Shown: one piece after another, positions 60,480 to 64,000 of the stretch
How the letters are laid out: every line of letters begins with the position of its first letter
How positions within the stretch are numbered: the stretch's first letter is position 1
Assembly: GCA_964645575.1 (NCBI GenBank)
Contig: CAZYAM010000001.1
Span: 31,965 to 95,964 of the forward strand
Reading direction: 5' to 3'
Length of the DNA stretch: 64,000 nt
Origin: an uncultured Ignavibacteriaceae bacterium
Lineage (GTDB): Bacteria > Bacteroidota > Ignavibacteria > UBA10030
Notes under the pieces: generated by a model
The model's database searches: none
What the model saw: only the letters and a program-made list of their open reading frames with translations
Told to the model about the DNA's origin: nothing
Program-made: the position numbers and the translations under genes

Positions 60480-61750
60480 CATTCAGGGGAAGCATCCTGG
60501 TTGTACTCGTATTCGGTGTTATTCAGTTAAGAGCACAGAGTCTGGAGTATCGTTTTTCACTTGTTGATGAAGGAACGTTAAACAAGGTAAGGATCGAGAC
60601 TCCGCTAAATTATAACAACCAAATTCTTCCGCAATCGGCTGAAAGCAATATTACCGCAGCAAATCTTTTTCTTGGATACGGCGGCTTTACGACATCATTG
60701 AATTTCAACGCATTAACTGATAATCTGAAAATACCTGAATACGAATATACGATCCGCGAACTCTCGCTGGATCTTTCATTAACGGATGAGCTCGATATTA
60801 CAATAGGAAAGAAAATTCTCAAATGGGGCCCGGGCTATGCATTCAATCCAACAGGTGTTGTCGAACCGCAGCGTTCGCCGTCAGATCCATCGGATAGACT
60901 TGGCAGGAACGAAGGAAGAAAGCTTGCAACCATAACTGCATTTTTCGGCAGAAGTTCATTAACATTTGTCTACATTAACGATGTCCGGTATGAATCATCA
61001 AAATTATATTGGAGTGAGCAAGAATTCGCGTTGCGCGCTTATACATTCATCAACGGCTTCGATCTTTCTCTTATTGGACATTATAAGGAGGGCGACCGTT
61101 TCAAAGCCGGTTTGAATTGGGCTAAAGTCATCGGCAGCAGTCTTGAGTTGCATGGTGAAGTTCTTGTGAAAAAAGGTTCTTCAACTCAATATCATCGGGT
61201 TATTATAATTGACAACGAGCAGCAAATATTTGCCGCGAATCCCTATGCAACCTTGTTCAACCAATCTAAGCGGATATTTTATAAAATCCTTCTTGGCGGG
61301 CAGTATACTTTTGAGAACGGTATTAATATTGTACTCGAATACTACCATAATGCCGAAGGTTTGAATAAATTAGAATGGAAAAGATGGATGAAGTTTATTA
61401 AATTTCACAACAGCATCCAACAGGGATTAATCACGGCAGACCCCATATTGATAGAAGCGTCACGTTTAAACATTCTCTGGGCGCTGCAAACCCTCTCTCC
61501 GCGAGGAACGATGAGCGATTACATTTTTATCCGTCAATATTACTCAACAGGGAGTTGGAGTTTTGAGTTCATTCAATTCCTCAACGCTCAGGATTTCAGT
61601 GCCGTGATAATTCCATCTGCCGACCTGGCAATATCGGAGCACGTCTCTTTTTACAGCCGATTGACATCGTTCATCGGAGGCAGTGATTCTGAATTCGGTG
61701 CTTTGTTCAACTCATGTTATCTCAACATAGGAATAAGGTTCCAGCTATGA
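60476..61750 (+). CDS. hypothetical outer-membrane beta-barrel-like protein, family unassigned
   Basis: Signal peptide and alternating strand pattern (ITIGKKILKWGPGYAFNPT). ATGA overlaps with both neighbours. Confidence 0.45.
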   Translation: MTFRGSILVVLVFGVIQLRAQSLEYRFSLVDEGTLNKVRIETPLNYNNQILPQSAESNITAANLFLGYGGFTTSLNFNALTDNLKIPEYEYTIRELSLDLSLTDELDITIGKKILKWGPGYAFNPTGVVEPQRSPSDPSDRLGRNEGRKLATITAFFGRSSLTFVYINDVRYESSKLYWSEQEFALRAYTFINGFDLSLIGHYKEGDRFKAGLNWAKVIGSSLELHGEVLVKKGSSTQYHRVIIIDNEQQIFAANPYATLFNQSKRIFYKILLGGQYTFENGINIVLEYYHNAEGLNKLEWKRWMKFIKFHNSIQQGLITADPILIEASRLNILWALQTLSPRGTMSDYIFIRQYYSTGSWSFEFIQFLNAQDFSAVIIPSADLAISEHVSFYSRLTSFIGGSDSEFGALFNSCYLNIGIRFQL

Positions 61751-62781
61751 TAAAAAACCATTCCATCCGTACATTTATATTTTGCCTGATAATTACTGTT
61801 ATCATAGCGGCAGGTCTTACATTTTCGGAACCGGAAAAATATTTGGAGAATATTTTAAGCTCTTTTATCTACACAATGTGCATTGGTTTTTCTATTCACA
61901 TTCTTCTTCGCTTAACTTTTCCCAGAATAAAGGCATTAAATAGGATTTTTCGCATGAGTATTCTTGTTGTATTGTTTTTGATAGGTGGACTCATTGGTAC
62001 CGGAATCAGCGTTGCAATACTAAAAATAATTTTGAATTGGAATTTTACAATCAGCAATTATATAAGTCTGCTCTACTTTAATCTTCTCCTTTCTATCATC
62101 TTCGGGAGTATTGCAGTTTTGTATATCACACTTAAAGACAATGCGGAACGGATGGCATCGAAGCTGAAGGAAAAGGAACTTAACGAGGAAAGACTGACAC
62201 GGCTTAAGGTTAAGGCGGAACTTGAAGCACTCCAGGCAAAAGTAAATCCGCATTTTCTCTTCAATACTCTAAATTCCATTGCAAGCTTGATATCGGTAAA
62301 TCCAAAAGCAGCGGAAGACACGGTTGAGAAGTTGTCAGAGCTATTCCGTTATACATTAAAAGACGCAGATAAAAGCACCGTAACAATAAGAGAAGAACTT
62401 GAAATTGTACGCACTTATCTCGAGATTGAAAAAGTGCGTTTTGAAGACCGCCTGCAGTATAGTATCAACTACGACGAAAGTATTCTCGATCTTCAAGTGC
62501 CGGTGCTTCTTATACAACCGCTGGTTGAAAACAGTATTAAGCATACTATCGCTAAGGAAATCCATGGAGGAAGTATTCTTGTTGAATTGCGAAAGATAGA
62601 AAATAAATGCAGGGTGTTGATTCAAGATAGTGGAAAAGGATTCGGAACGATGAACACGGAAAACGGATTCGGATTAAGAAGCATCCAGGAACGTTTGAAA
62701 TATATTTATGGAAACAAAGCATCACTCCAAATTAACCAGAATAATGCAACACAAATCATTATAACAATTCCGATGCCTTGA
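61747..62781 (+). CDS. LytS/YehU-type sensor histidine kinase (PF06580)
   Basis: 4 TM segments, then KVNPHFLFNTLNSI and a HATPase_c-like C-terminus. The start overlaps the upstream stop (ATGA). Confidence 0.85.
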   Translation: MIKNHSIRTFIFCLIITVIIAAGLTFSEPEKYLENILSSFIYTMCIGFSIHILLRLTFPRIKALNRIFRMSILVVLFLIGGLIGTGISVAILKIILNWNFTISNYISLLYFNLLLSIIFGSIAVLYITLKDNAERMASKLKEKELNEERLTRLKVKAELEALQAKVNPHFLFNTLNSIASLISVNPKAAEDTVEKLSELFRYTLKDADKSTVTIREELEIVRTYLEIEKVRFEDRLQYSINYDESILDLQVPVLLIQPLVENSIKHTIAKEIHGGSILVELRKIENKCRVLIQDSGKGFGTMNTENGFGLRSIQERLKYIYGNKASLQINQNNATQIIITIPMP

Positions 62782-62789
62782 GGGACTGT

Positions 62790-63536
62790 ATGCATCTTCG
62801 CGCTCTAATTATCGATGATGAGGAACTAGCACGCAAACGGCTTCATAAAATGCTTCAGGATTTTAAAAGTGAACTTGAAGTCGTTGACGAGGCCGGAAAC
62901 GGCGAGGAGGCGGTTAAAAAAATCGAGGAGATTCGCCCGGATGTTATTTTTCTGGATATACAAATGCCCGGCTGCGACGGATTTGAAGTCGCCCGCCGGC
63001 TGTATATTAAGCCTTTTATTGTTTTTGTAACCGCATACGATGAATATGCGCTAAAAGCATTTGAAGAAAATTCCGTAGACTATCTTCTTAAGCCGATTGA
63101 CCGGAAACGGCTCGAAAAGGCAGTCGAAAAACTCCGGCGCTTGTTTAATGTTTCCAAGCCTCAATTGAATGAAAATGTTGAACGTCTTCTTTCACAGCTC
63201 GCTTCTGCGCCTGTGAAGCGAATGCAGGTGAAATCCGGAGATAAGATTCTGCTTATTAATGTGGACGATATAGTGTATTTCGAAGCAAAGGATAAATATA
63301 CATTTCTTCATACCTTCGATCAGAAACATATTATTGATTTCACTCTCGCTGATCTGGAGGGAAAACTCGATAAAGCAAATTTTATCCGAATTCACCGTTC
63401 AAATATAATCAACCTCAAGTATATACGTGAGTTGGTGAAATGGTTTGGGGGAAAATATAAGGTGCGGCTGACGGACAAGAATCGGACGGAACTGGTTGTC
63501 AGCCGCGGATATATAGATCAGGTACAAAAAATGTAA
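62790..63536 (+). CDS. LytTR-family response regulator
   Basis: REC domain (IIDDEE, FLDIQMP, LLKPI) plus a LytTR domain (FIRIHRSNIINL). The track allows a TTG start at 62778. Confidence 0.9.
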   Translation: MHLRALIIDDEELARKRLHKMLQDFKSELEVVDEAGNGEEAVKKIEEIRPDVIFLDIQMPGCDGFEVARRLYIKPFIVFVTAYDEYALKAFEENSVDYLLKPIDRKRLEKAVEKLRRLFNVSKPQLNENVERLLSQLASAPVKRMQVKSGDKILLINVDDIVYFEAKDKYTFLHTFDQKHIIDFTLADLEGKLDKANFIRIHRSNIINLKYIRELVKWFGGKYKVRLTDKNRTELVVSRGYIDQVQKM

Positions 63537-63737
63537 TTCAAAAATCAACCTCTGTAATACTAATGGCATACAGTTTAAAAAGAATATTTGCTGTGTTAGT
63601 GCTAAATCAGCATTGATTCCGTCGGAAAAAAATCTTTCCTGTTTATATACGTTTGACGTTGATATACGAACAGAATAGCGATGCGTTAAACGTTAAATCT
63701 TGCTTGTACATAGTTATTTGGGTAGATTTATTTCATA

Positions 63738-64000
63738 ATGCGCATTGCTGAAGATAAAATCGATGAAGTCCGTAACGCTCATGACATTGTAGAAGTCATT
63801 TCCGGATATGTACAATTAAAGAAGCGCGGCAAGAATTATCTTGGCCTGTGTCCGTTCCATTCGGAAAAAACGCCGTCTTTTACTGTCAGTGCTGAGAAAC
63901 AAATGTACCATTGTTTCGGATGCGGCAAAGGCGGCAATATATTTACATTTCTAATGGAGATGGATAAAATATCGTTCGTAGAAGCGGTCCGATCTCTTGC
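63738..64000 (+). CDS. dnaG: DNA primase, N-terminal part (3' end outside window; not in the ORF track)
   Basis: My own translation: [48 protein letters not shown]...[11 protein letters not shown], which is the CHC2 zinc finger. Confidence 0.9.
   Translation, partial: MRIAEDKIDEVRNAHDIVEVISGYVQLKKRGKNYLGLCPFHSEKTPSFTVSAEKQMYHCFGCGKGGNIFTFLMEMDKISFVEAVRSL

Overview
64-kb chromosomal window from a moderately AT-rich bacterium. Protein signatures (PPi-type phosphofructokinases, SPOR lipoproteins, TatT-associated TRAP transporter, PF06580/LytTR pairs, GTCATT...AATGAC palindromic repeats) suggest the FCB group (Ignavibacteria/Bacteroidota-like), but taxonomy cannot be verified without a search. 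I call about 70 protein genes and recognised no rRNA, tRNA or CRISPR array. Most of the window is housekeeping: def-fmt, deoC, class II RNR nrdJ, carA, hrcA-grpE-dnaJ, rsmD-coaD, a TRAP transporter, two PFK paralogs, M2 and M3 peptidases, glnB-porin-amtB, and dnaG (cut by the window end). Unusual parts: (i) A 7.3-11.6 kb islet after nrdJ holds strong-SD mini-ORFs, a nested palindromic element and an orphan secreted trypsin-like protease. It also holds a mosaic, tandemly duplicated RAYT (HUH/Y1 transposase-like) locus with a family of 30-nt hairpins and a 66-nt perfect hairpin inserted in the conserved WQRNY/DRIIR motif in both copies. (ii) A 37.2-38.4 kb AT-rich islet holds two small membrane proteins, a frameshifted GIY-YIG-like gene and a 123-nt compound palindrome. 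(iii) A GNAT gene carries an in-frame TGA. (iv) A translationally coupled 7-gene operon (57.0-63.5 kb) joins a TPR protein, a MacB/Lol-type ABC transporter, a LolA-like protein, an unassigned beta-barrel and a LytS/LytTR pair. This operon is my best candidate for an undescribed envelope export/sensing system. No canonical defence system was recognised. All family assignments come from motifs read by eye and need HMM/BLAST confirmation.
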